A stretch of DNA of 64,000 nucleotides from Felis catus. Taxonomy: Eukaryota. Position 1 is the first letter of the stretch. Each line of letters begins with the position of its first letter. The stretch lies in assembly GCF_018350175.1 (NCBI RefSeq), contig NC_058383.1:11658001-11722000 (forward strand), read 5' to 3'. The translations under genes were made by a program, and so were the position numbers. Shown piece by piece: positions 24,249-35,285 of this stretch. The notes beneath the pieces were generated by a model. The model searched no databases and had not been told where the DNA came from. It saw nothing but the letters and a program-made list of their open reading frames with translations.

Positions 24249-24586
24249 TGTGAGCACTCTGCAGAGTGGAGGGACCCCCCCCCCATCCAATATTCGGTTC
24301 AGATGTTAAGACTGATGATGCCACATGGGTACCAGAGATGACACAACGGTTTATTACTCACATAATGAAGCTTTCTGGGAAGGAAGACCAGGTGGAGTTT
24401 TCATGGTGGTTGGGGTGGATCGAGGGTGAGTACTCCCGTACATAGTTTGAGCTTTCCACTAGCACCAAGGGGAACATGCAGGCTTTCTCACCAGCTTGAT
24501 GAGATATGGGCATCAGCTTGATCAGAAGTGACTGTCCATGGTCATCAAACATAAAAAAAAAAAATGGAGTCAGATTCTTTATCACA
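24249..24586 (-). mobile_element. ERV1 (MER4-group, MER110/MER90-like) solo LTR inserted in L1 ORF2
   Basis: TG...CA termini; minus strand begins tgtgataaagaatctgactccatttt and has aataaa; 4 bp TSD aagg/gagg; L1 resumes immediately after. Confidence 0.75.
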
Positions 24587-24660
24587 GAGGTGTAAGACTT
24601 GTTCACCGAAAACAATAGAACATAGCTGGAGGAAATTTTAAAAGACCTAAATAAATAGAA

Positions 24661-24855
24661 GGGCTCCCAGGTGGCTCAGCTGGTTAAGCCTCTGACTCTT
24701 GATTTCAGCACGATCTCATGGTTCATGGTTCGAGCCCCGCGTTGAGCTTGGTGCTGGCTGTGCGGGGCCCCGCTTGGGATTCTCTCTCCCTCTCTCTTTG
24801 TCCCTCCCCTGCTCACTCTCCTTCCTCAAAATAAATAAATAAACTTACAAAAAAA
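24661..24855 (+). mobile_element. Can-SINE (older subtype) within L1
   Basis: TSD agacctaaataaatagaa / agacctgaataaatagaa. Confidence 0.95.
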
Positions 24856-25768
24856 GAGACCTGAATAAATAGAAAGAAGTCCCATGTCCATGGATTGAAA
24901 GATGTGATGTTGTTAAGATGATGATACTCCCCCATCTGATCCAGAGTCAGTGTAACCCCGATTAAAATTCCAGCTTCCATTTCTGCATAAATTAAGAACA
25001 AAACAAAACTCCAAGACAAAGATCCAAGGTGGAGGACTCACTTCACTTCCTTATGTCAAAACTTCTACAAATGTATATCATTAAGAGACACAGTACTGGC
25101 ATAAAAACATAAGAATAGACATACAGATTAATGGAATCGAATTGAATATTCAGAAATAAACCCATGTGTCTCTGGTCAGCGGAGTTTTACGAGCGTGCCA
25201 AGACCATTCAACAGGAGAAATAGTAGTCTTTTTGACAAATGGTGCTGAGAAAGTCGGATATCCACTTACAAAATCATGAAGTTGGATGCCTACTTCACAC
25301 CGTGTCCAAAAATTAGTCAGAGGGAATATAGCCTTAAATATAAGAGATTACACTAAAAACTCTCAAAGAAAACATGGGACTAAATCTTTGTGACGTTGGA
25401 TAAGGCAATGGTTTCTGAGATATGACACCAAAAAACAACAAAAGAAAAGATAGAAAAACTCAACTTCATCAAAATTATAACATCGGTGCTTCAAAAGACA
25501 CCATGAGGAAAGTGAAAAGATAGCCACACAATGGAAAAATAATGGCAAATTATATATCTGATAAAAGATTTGTATTCGAAATAAAGAAACCTTACATTTC
25601 CACAATAAAGACAAATAACCCAATTAAAATATGGGCAAAGAACTTGAACGGACATTTCTCCAAAGAAGATATACACTGGCCAATAAGCCCATGAAAAGAT
25701 GCTCAATGTCACGAGTCATTTGAGATAGGAAAATCAGAACCGTGAGATGGCTGTACTAATAATTTTAG

Positions 25769-25926
25769 TTTTTTAAAAATTTATTTATTTATTTTTGAGA
25801 GAGAGAGAGAGGGAGACAGAGAAACCCAAGCAGGCTCTGAGCTGTCAGCGCAGAACCCCACACAGGGCTCCAACAGGGCTAAATCAAGAGTTGGACACTT
25901 AGCCGACTGAGCCACCCAGGTGCCCC
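25769..25926 (-). mobile_element. Can-SINE, internally deleted
   Basis: TSD tgtactaataattt / tgtactaagaattt. Confidence 0.92.
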
Positions 25927-26089
25927 AATGTACTAAGAATTTCAAGAACCAGAAAGTAACACATGTTGGGCAGGATGTGGACAAATCGGAACCCTTATAC
26001 CTGCTTGCATACTTTAAGAAGACGGATATTACGTTATGCGAATTGCATCTTAATGAAATTGTTATAAAAAACCACTGTCTTCCGATGGG

Positions 26090-26190
26090 ACCTTTGTCGC
26101 TGCAGAGGAGAATAGATGGAAGACGGGGCAAGTATAGCGGCAGGGAGGCCAGCCAGAAGGCTATTGCCATGTCCAAGCTCAGAGAAGTAA
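26090..26190 (-). mobile_element. L2 fragment
   Basis: gaatagatggaagacggggcaag...gcagggaggccagccagaaggctattgc. Confidence 0.55.
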
Positions 26191-26216
26191 CTTACACAAA
26201 ATATCCAGAGGGAGCC

Positions 26217-26633
26217 TGTGGCACCCAGTCTCCAAAGATGGCAGCTCCTGGTGGTCACACCCTTGTGCGGTCCCCTCCCGTATTGAATCGACACTGTCCT
26301 TGGCTTGTTGCACCAACTGAAGGCAGTAGGAGTCATGTTCTGTGACATCTGAGCTCAGGCAACTTCTGTAGCTGCGATTTTGGTAATCTCTGAACCGCCA
26401 TGTTGAAGTTCAGCTACCCGGGAAGAGCTTGGAGTGGCCCTGTGGAGAGAAGAGTCTGTCCCAGTTAAGCCTCCAGATGATTCCAGGCCCAGTGACCATC
26501 TGACTACAATCACATAAGAGGGTACGAGCCAGACCAACAGAAGCATCTCCGTTGAAAGATATTAAGCGACGGTTAAGGCTTTTAGCCACTAAGTTTTGGG
26601 GTAGTGTGTTTGTAGACCTGGGCTACCGAAACA
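26217..26633 (+). mobile_element. MaLR solo LTR (MLT1E/F/G-like)
   Basis: tgtggca...ctcctggtggtcacacccttgtg...aagcctccagatgattccag...tttagccactaagttttggggtagt...ccgaaaca. Confidence 0.75.
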
Positions 26634-27410
26634 GAAATGTAAACATTCATATCAAATATATAACTGACTTTAGTGATGGTGCTAATAAATCGGCCTAGTA
26701 GGAATCACACACAATCACTCAGAGGGCCCCTTATTTTGTGATAGGAGAACTGAGATTTTTCAGTGCTCTTACCAGGCAATTTTCCCAAATCTGTGATTCC
26801 AGAATGACTATAAACATTATTTGCCCCTTATGCATTGTTTAAAAAACTGGTTCTACTAACATGATTTATGGGCAAACTTCCTTTTTCATCTTGTATACCA
26901 TATTTCCTGCCTTATGCTTGGTGTTCATTAAACAGATGCTCTGTTCTGTATAAAGGATGAAATGAACTGGGCTTAAAAGCCAATTTAAAGGGCTTATTAT
27001 ATTTTTATTTGTTGTTTTGAAACCATGGACACATGGGAACCCTTAGCAATAAGTTGGTCTACCATTCCTGATAGCGGTACTATTCTAATCATAATGTGGC
27101 CCTGCAAATGTGCGAACCCACTCTCTTTGAACCAGGTGTGGAAGGCAGTCCAGGGAACACGATGTCCAGGCTGAGGGGCAAGGAACTAGGACATCATAAT
27201 CAATCTCGTCAAGAACCCCCAAGTATTCCCGGACCTTTAAGACAAAGCCCATTGGCCTTCCGAATCTTGGCTTTAGTTATGGGAAGTCAGACAACCTCTA
27301 GTTCAAGCCTAAGTCAGAGGGAGAGACTTTCACAGAGTTTTCTTAGTGAAAATAAGATAAGTTTAATTCTCTTCTTGTCACATGAACCTAGTAGCAAAAG
27401 CGCTGTAGAG

Positions 27411-27654
27411 GGGCACCTGGGTGGCTCAGTCAGTTAAGCGTCTGACCCTTGGTTTTGGCTCATGGTTTCGTGAGGTTGAGCCCCATGTCGGGCTCTGTGC
27501 TGACAACTCAGAGCCTGGAGCCTGCTTCAGATTCTGTGTCTCCCTCTCTCTCTGCCTGTCCACTGCTCACACTGTGTCTCTCTCTTTCAAAAATAAATAA
27601 AACTTTATAAAAGAAAAACTAACAAATTAATAAAGCATTAAAAAATATTTTTAA
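27411..27654 (+). mobile_element. Can-SINE
   Basis: TSD aaaagcgctgtagag / aaaagcactgtagag. Confidence 0.96.
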
Positions 27655-28998
27655 AAAAGCACTGTAGAGGTTTCTTTCGTGACCATGTTCAGAAACCTTC
27701 GCTCCATCCTGAAACGCATAAAACCATAGGTGAACTTGGTCGCGTGACTTAAAAAAGTAAGTTAAGTGAAGCTTTTAAAATCTCCGACACAGGGTCTTAT
27801 CTGGGGAATGCTGCAGATAGCAAGACAATTAGTTAGAGCAATAAAAGGACAAAAAGGAAACTGTTACACAGATGTTTGGCCATTCAAAGCCATTTAAGCT
27901 TAAGATAATGCCACCTCCCTAGCAGGGAATGGAAGAGAGAAAAAGTTGAAAGTTTTTGCCCCACCCACTGCTAGCTCTATTTTAATAGTAGAGCCCCATA
28001 GGGTTAATATTACACTTTGGGAGACTTATTCCTGAGAATCCTCTACATTTTGTGTAATAGGTGCCCTGATACTCATTGCTAGCTGTGACTCACGTTGGGC
28101 CATGTAGCACCACCTGGGTCCAGCAGCCGTTTAGAGCAGAAGTCAGGACACACAGAGGTAAAGACACAGAGAGGAACTTACAAAAAGAGCATATTTGGGA
28201 TGACGAAGACATACTTTAAAGAAGACTTGAAACACGTTCCTCCTTGGAGCGGACAACTGACTTTTTGTTGTTGAAGTTTTGCACTGTTTTGTTTAGTTTT
28301 TCTAAATCCCTTCCCATTGCGAGTCTTGGGAAGAGATAGAGTCCTGTTTCCCTTTCTGGATGCAAAGGGATCAGGAACCTTCGGTGCCCCCTCTCTTCGT
28401 CTCTGGAAGCCAGGGCAAGACATATGACCGTCATGGAAATTGCTCAGTCCTGGTTTATCCACTTCCTGTGACAAAAATTGCCATTCGCCTTAGTCTCGGT
28501 TGCTCTGTATTCCCTCACTTTCTAACTCACCCTTACCCCCTCACTCCTCACCAAAGTAGGAGGCATGGTTACCTTAACAGCTTTGTCGGTAACAAAGAAA
28601 AATATTTTGATCTTCAGCTGCCTAATTCATGGGTTTGCCTCTCAACTGGTTCTAGAATCTGGAAGGGGAAAAAACCAAAGAAACAAAGAAAGAAACAAAC
28701 AAACAAAAAACCCTCTACAATGGTACTGATCATGAGCTTTCAGAAAAACCCAGTATCTTAAGTCATGGGACTAAGACACTTGTGAAGTAAATAGGTATCA
28801 AACTGGGGGCCCAAATACCATATGGAAAGTGAAATGAGTATCCCAGCTTGCCGAGAGTTGATGGCTTTCTACCTTAGTCTTGAGTAAGCAGGGCTAATGT
28901 GGGGGGAATTAACCCATGCGACTCATTGCAGGCTGTGTCCAGAGGAAAATGACTGATGTTTTACAGGCAGAGAAGATCTTAGGAAATACAGATCTCTT

Positions 28999-29218
28999 GC
29001 GGCACCTGGGTGGCTCAGTCGGTTAAGCATCCGACTTCCGCTCAGGTCATAATCTTGTGGTTTGTAAATTCGAGCCCCGCGTCCGGCTCTGTGCTGACAG
29101 CTCAGAGCCTGGAGGCTGTTTCTGATTCTGTGTCTCCCTCTCTCTCTGCCCCTCCCCTGCTCATGCTCTGTCTCTATCTCTCAAAAATGAATAAATGTTA
29201 AAAAAAATTTTTTTTTTT
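28999..29218 (+). mobile_element. Can-SINE
   Basis: TSD aaatacagatctctt / aaatgcagacctctt. Confidence 0.96.
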
Positions 29219-29390
29219 AAATGCAGACCTCTTAAGACCTTAACAAATCTGGTCCATGCAGGCCATTATATACACATTACTGTACTTCAACTCTGACCTA
29301 CTGCAGACAAAGCTGAGGTGGGGGTTGGATCATTTTAGAAGTTGGTAGGTTGAGAATATCTGAATTATATTTCCTCAGACAGGACTTGAA

Positions 29391-29594
29391 TTATTTTTTA
29401 ACATTCATTCATTTTTGAGAGACAGAGCATGGGCGGGGGAGGGTCAGAGAGAGAGGGAGACACAGAACTGGAAGCAGGCTCCAGGCTGTGAGCCGTCAGC
29501 ACGGAGCCCGACTCGGGGCTCGAACTCACGAACCGTGAGATCATGACCCGAGCCGAAATCGGACGCTTAACTGACGGAGCCACCCAGGTGCTCC
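29391..29594 (-). mobile_element. Can-SINE
   Basis: TSD tcagacaggact on both sides. Confidence 0.96.
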
Positions 29595-29740
29595 AGTCAG
29601 ACAGGACTGTAAACTGTTGCTTGCGTTGTGACTTAGCGGGCTGCATTCTAGCACCTGTACCAAATTCCGGTCTCTTCTAGGTATTCTGAGTGGCATTTGA
29701 GGCCAAGAGGGAATTCTCAGTGCGGAAGGGCTAATCTCTG

Positions 29741-29985
29741 TGCATCACTCTGCTCGAAGCTGCTGTAATAAAATACCACTGGCCGAGGGGTTTCCATAAC
29801 AAAAATGTATTTCTCACTGTCTGGAGGCCGGAAGTCCAAGACCAGGGTGCCAGCGTGGTCCCTTCTGGTGAGAGTTTCCTCCTGCTTCTGGACTGCTGCC
29901 TTCCTTTTGTGTCCTCACGTAGTGAAGAGAGAAAGGACCTTGGTGTCTCTTCTTCTTCCTATGAGGGCACTGATCTCATCACGAG
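29741..29985 (-). mobile_element. MaLR LTR (MLT1A-like), partial
   Basis: gctgctgtaataaaatacca...tatttctcactgtctggaggccggaagtccaagaccagggtgccagc. Confidence 0.8.
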
Positions 29986-30024
29986 ATATTTACCATCCAA
30001 AGCATCAAAGGAGGTCTAAGGAAA

Positions 30025-30588
30025 TAGCGACATACACCCCCTATATGACACAGCCGTCCCAACTCCCAGGTATTGACCCTGGAGGAATCCCAGTGTGTGT
30101 TTGCACAAAAACCTGTACTCTGATGTTTATGGCAGCCATCTTCCAAATCACCAGAAACAACGCAGATAAGCTTCAGTGGGTTTATGGAGAAACAAACAGT
30201 GACATATCCATACACCGGAGTATTACTCGGTAATAAAAAGTAATGAACGATCGATAAATGCAACAATGCAGATAAATCACAGAGGCGTTCCGCTCACCCA
30301 AAGAAGCCAGTCTCAAATGTTGCATACTGTATGATTTCGTTGAAATGAGCACCTAGAAAAGGCTGACTGTAGCAACAGAGAACGGAGCGATCACTGGGGG
30401 GTAAGGGTGGTGGGTAGGTGTGATTACGAAGGGGCAGCGTGCAGGTGAACCCTACTTTTTCGGGTTACCGGAACTGTTCCATAGCCTGGATGTGGTAGTG
30501 GTCACAGGAACACGTACGTGGAAAAAAACTCGTAGCACTGAATGCTTTTTGCTACACGACGTCAGTTTCACTGTATATTAAATTAAAA
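30025..30588 (+). mobile_element. Old L1 (L1MC/MD-like) 3' end
   Basis: cacaaaaacctgtactctgatgtttatggcagc; gagtattactcggtaataaaaagtaatgaa; aaagaagccagtctcaaa..tgcatactgtatgattt. Confidence 0.8.
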
Positions 30589-30782
30589 CACACAGGCACA
30601 CATGTCCGGGATAAAGTGCAAAGGTAGAGAAGAAATGCAAAAGGCATTTGGGGTCATTAATCCAAACTCACCTTATGCACGTTAGAGGGAGAGGAAGCAA
30701 ACTTTAGAAACGGGTGAAATTGCTAGAAAATCAGCTAAGTCTTCTAAGGGTTAATGAGAGCAGGTGAAAAAAAATCTCTAGA

Positions 30783-31014
30783 TTTTTTTTTTTTTTTAAT
30801 TTTTTTTTCAACGTTTTTTATTTATTTTTGGGACAGAGAGAGACAGAGCATGAATGGGGGAGGGGCAGAGAGAGAGGGAGACACAGAATCGGAAACAGGC
30901 TCCAGGCTCCGAGCCATCAGCCCAGAGCCCGACGCGGGGCTCGAACTCACGGACCGCGAGATCGTGACCTGGCTGAAGTCGGACGCTTAACCGACGGCGC
31001 CACCCAGGCGCCCC
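30783..31014 (-). mobile_element. Young felid Can-SINE (SINEC_Fc-like)
   Basis: Perfect TSD aaaaatctctaga; CpGs intact; diagnostic gacctggctgaagtcggacgc. Confidence 0.98.
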
Positions 31015-31074
31015 AAAAATCTCTAGATTTTTTACAAGACAAAGAAATAGTACTCGAGGCCTAGGATGTTCGTT

Positions 31075-31152
31075 TTTTTCCTCCCCTCCCCTCCCCTTCT
31101 TTCCACTCCCTCCCCTCCCCTTCCCTCCCCTTCCTTTTCCTTCCTCTCTCTT
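31075..31152 (+). repeat. Polypyrimidine (CCCCT/CCCTT) low-complexity tract
   Basis: Direct reading. Confidence 0.8.
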
Positions 31153-31798
31153 AAAGATTCCAGTAAGGAGAAATAGCACTCACTGGGCCCCTAGCGGTAT
31201 GGACTTCCCTTTAAGTTCAAAGACCACTGAGAGGGATTTCGTAGCTAAGAAATGTGGGAACAGGGCAGACGTTTCTGAAGCCGCAGGTTTATTTGTTCCA
31301 GACAATTCCACGTCAGGAGGCAGTGACAATGGCTAGGGGAGCGCGGGATAGAGAAACAACTCCTGCTCTGAGAAACCACTAGACAAAGCCTATGCTAATC
31401 GCAGTACTGAGTGGCTCGGAGGGCAAGTCTCAGCAAAGAGGTTGAAGTCAAGAGGTTTTGAATGTAAACCCGGAGAAGAAAGCCATTTTCATGGAGATCT
31501 GGTGATATGGTCGCCAACACCAATTTTGAGAGCTTGCGAGAAGCCTGGGATATTGTCAGTGGCAGGGTCTGGGAAAGTAGAAGCAAACATAAGGACCGTT
31601 CTCCGAGGTATGTTGAAATATAGAGTGGTAACTGGCCTTTTCAGGAGAAATCTTTGCCCACTTGGGTATTCAGAGTACGAACTCTGGGAAACTGACCCAC
31701 TTTGAAGGAGATTATGGTAAAGTGAGGCCCCAAAAAGATTTTTACCACCTCCTTTCCTTTCTTCATAAACCTAGTCCCTGTTCTGTCCCCTTTTCTAA

Positions 31799-31840
31799 AA
31801 TAATAATAATGATAATAATTAATAATAATAATAATAATAA
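31799..31840 (+). repeat. (AAT)n microsatellite, imperfect
   Basis: Direct reading. Confidence 0.9.
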
Positions 31841-31921
31841 ATTGTATGACTGGGGATTAGTTGTATTTTCTAGTCTTAGTGGGTGGAGGACTGGAGCTAT
31901 ATTTATCTCAAGCTGTTAATT

Positions 31922-32147
31922 ATTTTTTTAACTCGTTTTTAATGTGTATTTATTTTTGAGAGGGAGAGAGAGACAGTGCGAGTCGGGGAGGGACAGAGAG
32001 AAAGAGAGAGAGACGCAGAATCCGAAGCAGGCTCCAGGCTCCGCACTGACAGCACAGAGCCTGACATGGGACTCGAGCCCAGGAACCACGAGATCGTGAC
32101 CTGAGCTGAAGTCGGCTGCCCAACCGACTGAGCCACCCAGGCGCCCC
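31922..32147 (-). mobile_element. Can-SINE
   Basis: TSD tcaagctgttaatt / tcgagttgttaatt. Confidence 0.96.
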
Positions 32148-32280
32148 TCGAGTTGTTAATTGTTCAATTCTTTGATGGCAGGAAGTAGAAGGCTTGGAAC
32201 ATTCACATTCTGCTTGGCAGAGTGGGGGTGAGGAATGTAAAATGGAAAGTAGGTAGGTAGTTCCTTACAAATTTAAAAAT

Positions 32281-32536
32281 TTTTAAGTTTATTTATTTAT
32301 TTTTGAGAGAGAGAGAGAAAGAGAGAGCACGAGCTGGGGAGAGACAGAGAGAGAGAAAGAGAGAGCACGAGCTGGGGAGAGACAGAGACAGAGAGAGAGA
32401 GGCAACGAATCTGAAGCAAGCTCCAGGCTCTGAGCCGTCAGCAGAGAGTCCGATGCGGGGCTCGAACTCACAGACTGTGAGATTGTGACCTGAGCCGAAG
32501 TCGGACGCTTAACTGACTGAGCCACGCAGGCGCCCC
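32281..32536 (-). mobile_element. Can-SINE with an internal 38 bp tandem duplication
   Basis: gagagagagaaagagagagcacgagctggggagagaca occurs twice; TSD caaatttaaa. Confidence 0.96.
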
Positions 32537-32555
32537 CAAATTTAAACATTTATTT

Positions 32556-32698
32556 AAAACTTTTGGGGATAATGGATATATTAATTATCTGGATTGTAGT
32601 GATGGTTTCGATCATATATCAAAACTTACCACATTGCACACTTTGGATACGTGCAGGTTGTCATATGTTTACTATACATCAATGAATCTGGTTAAGAA
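32556..32698 (+). mobile_element. Old L1 3' terminus
   Basis: aacttttggggataatggatat...ctggattgtagtgatggtttc...atcaaaacttaccacattgcacacttt. Confidence 0.75.
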
Positions 32699-32939
32699 TT
32701 ATTGCGTGTGGCCACCTGGAAATGAAGTGTCCATCAGGAGACAGGATTTGAGGGGGCAGTGAATTGTTCAAATGTGATATAGGAAGCATGAGGGATGCAG
32801 AGATCGCAAGGGAGGGGCTGCATCTAATATCACAAAATAAAGAAAAAATAACAATATCAGTTTCCTGAGTTCTCTATGCCAGTTGTGGGCTGAAAACCCG
32901 GTTTTTGTGATTATCATGCTCCAAGAATCTCTTATCTTC

Positions 32940-33494
32940 TGCAGCCATCAGGTTAGACTCTCAGAAAACTGCCCCCAGTGCTTGGTCCTAAATGTCTGCC
33001 CTTGCCAGGATGCTCACGTGGGTTCTGTGAGGCGCAGTAGACATTTCCGGGGATTACGCATCACAGGAAGGCAGGTTCCCAGAGAGCCTCTAGGAGTCCA
33101 TTACAAAATCAATATCAGGACAAGGCTTACACATCAGATAGAACTTTGCTAGTTAACAGTGGCAAAATAGGGAAAACGTGAACTCTGAGGGCCATCAACC
33201 AAGGTGGGGTCATATTTTCAGATTAGGTTGAGTTTATGTAAGTGTCCTTAGCGATTCCATAGTCAGTGTCCCAACTTGAGCATCCGGGAGTAAGTCTAGT
33301 ACTTTGCTTACCTAAATCCAGATTTAGCCTATCCTAGATAGGTACTGGGAGTGACTTGGTACAGTGCAGAAATATATTTCTTCGGGAGAGATACATGCTG
33401 GGAGGTATTTATGCTATGAGATTTAGCCTTTAATGTCCAGCCATATTCTTTCAGGAGACCCTCAGTAAAGCCTCGGCACTAAGATCTTTTGACA
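32940..33494. mobile_element. Possible ERV-type solo LTR, family not recognised
   Basis: TG...CA-bounded block of LTR-like composition; not matched to a consensus I can name. Confidence 0.3.
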
Positions 33495-33935
33495 TATGTT
33501 GGTGAGGGGAATCCTAACAGTTTTTGAAAAACAGTTCGGTAGGCTGAGGACGTTGGGGTGAGGTGTTACCATTAAAATGAACTTCCTGACTAACTAGGGA
33601 ATGGGGGCATAGAGGATCTAGGGCTGGGGTAGACGAGCAACAGCACTTAACTTCCAGGGGCAAAATGGCGGCAGTTATCACACTAGACAACAGGGCTTTG
33701 CAGTATTCAGAAAGGTCCGATGGCGGAGCACTTTGTCGCAGGCGATTTAGGAGAAAATCACCCAAGGGACTTAATTTCTATTAGTCAAAAGACCAAAAAA
33801 AGACTCCTCCAGATTTCTTGAGCAGAAACTTGAGTTACGTCACCACAATGGAGTTACAATAAAATCTACTAACTTCTCACACAGGAGTCAGTTCAGAGGC
33901 GCGGAGTTCCTTGAGACGGAAGCCGATGTCCTTGA

Positions 33936-33979
33936 ATAACATAACAAATAAATACTGATAACATAACAAATAAATACTG
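33936..33979 (+). repeat. Perfect 22 bp tandem duplication
   Basis: ataacataacaaataaatactg x2. Confidence 0.95.
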
Positions 33980-34724
33980 TGAGTCTGTATTCTAGCTTTT
34001 TGCAAGGTGATTAATGGTTATTCCCAAGGCAACGGTGACCTAAGGAAATGAATGCATCCCTCTTTGGGGGGGCTTCCTGGGCACTTTCCGAGGACTCAGA
34101 ATACCATGTCAGTTCACCAGAATTGTGTCATCAGTGGAGATGTGACCCAAATGTACTCCACAGATGAAATCTTTGGGCTCCCAAACTCATTCCATGGTTG
34201 GTTTCCCAGTTTCCGGATGAGTAGTTGGAACAGAGGCTCGAGAGTTATCAGCATTCCATCATTGTCTCGTGGGTTTCTGATGGAAAGACGTTCGTGAGTA
34301 GGAAGGTCCACGTAGAAGTCCTCAAATCTCACTCTCCCTGCTGAAAGAGTGTAGAACAAAACACTGCTGTGAATACCAGAGATTGGTGCCACTAGGAAAA
34401 GTCTGTAAAATACGAAGAAAATACTTTCTTTTATGTGTTTATTTAATTCTCCACTCGAGGTTGGCTCTTGGTGAGGACTCGTAGAGAGTGACACTACACT
34501 GTCAGAGGTGGGATCAGTGCGACTCCCGTGAAAGCTGCTCATTTAGATACGGTTCCTTTCCTGGAGCAAACGAATATAGCTCCCGGAAACCGATACGAAT
34601 GTGTATTTGATATTTGATATCAAACATATTTGATGATTTTTTTCTAATAAGGGCAGAATTTGCGTTACTTTGGCCGTAACGGCGGTACGCTTTTGCCCTT
34701 AACCTCGACAGGTGGGTCAACATT

Positions 34725-34950
34725 GAGTCTCATGATTTCAGATGCAATCTACATGCTAACCACCCCAAATCTAACTGAGCGTTCTCCCCCAAATCCAGAC
34801 CGGCATATTCAATTGTCCCCTTGGTAGCTCCAGTTGGATGTCTCACGGGGACCTCAAATTTCATATGTTCGCAAGTAAGCCTTTGATCTTCTCACCTTTT
34901 CCATCTCAGTTAATGGCAACCTTATCATTCTAGTTGTACAAGACCAAAAA
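34725..34950 (+). mobile_element. L2 fragment
   Basis: tctcatgatttcagatgcaatctacatgcta...ccagaccggcatattcaattg...ttggatgtctcac...ccatctcagttaatggcaac. Confidence 0.75.
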
Positions 34951-35069
34951 TAAGAAGAAGCGAACTAACAAGAAAACGTCCCCAAACAAAACCATGCTGT
35001 TCCATTATGTTGAGGAATGGGACCAGGGCCTAGGAAGTAGGAAATACACCAGCTACTCTAGGGAAAGAG

Positions 35070-35285
35070 GATAGTAGGGTGTGTGCTCGGTTAGAATTCC
35101 ACCACCTGCGCTTGGAGCTCGGGGTGGGAGCTTGGCAAATTGCTTTAAACTTCCCGAGCCTCAGTTTCCTCATCTGTAAAATGGCAGTAACCACAGTCTG
35201 GTCCTCGTAAGCCTTTCGTGCGGCTCAAGGGAGTTAACGTACATAGTCAGGACGGGGTCCGGCACACAGAACACAATAAATGATC
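35070..35285 (+). mobile_element. MIR
   Basis: gagcctcagtttcctcatctgtaaaatgg core; ends ccggcacacagaacacaataaatg. Confidence 0.85.

Larger units (their letters stand above)
20915..26072 (+). mobile_element. Old L1 (L1MB/MC-like): decayed ORF2 (endonuclease, RT, C-terminal region) to 3' end, interrupted by many insertions
   Basis: catgatcccgctgcatgctgtcta|caagaaacacatttcaga; gaaatggacaaattcctagaaa; gatgcaaaaatcct; tttgcagatgacatcatc (FADD RT motif); gacaaatggtgctg; aacccaattaaaatatgggcaaag; numerous stops and frameshifts. Confidence 0.92.

Noticed and set aside
20915..26072. Reverse transcriptase/endonuclease coding potential
   Set aside because: L1 ORF2 is riddled with stops, frameshifts and insertions; a dead fossil, not a functional gene or novel retro-system
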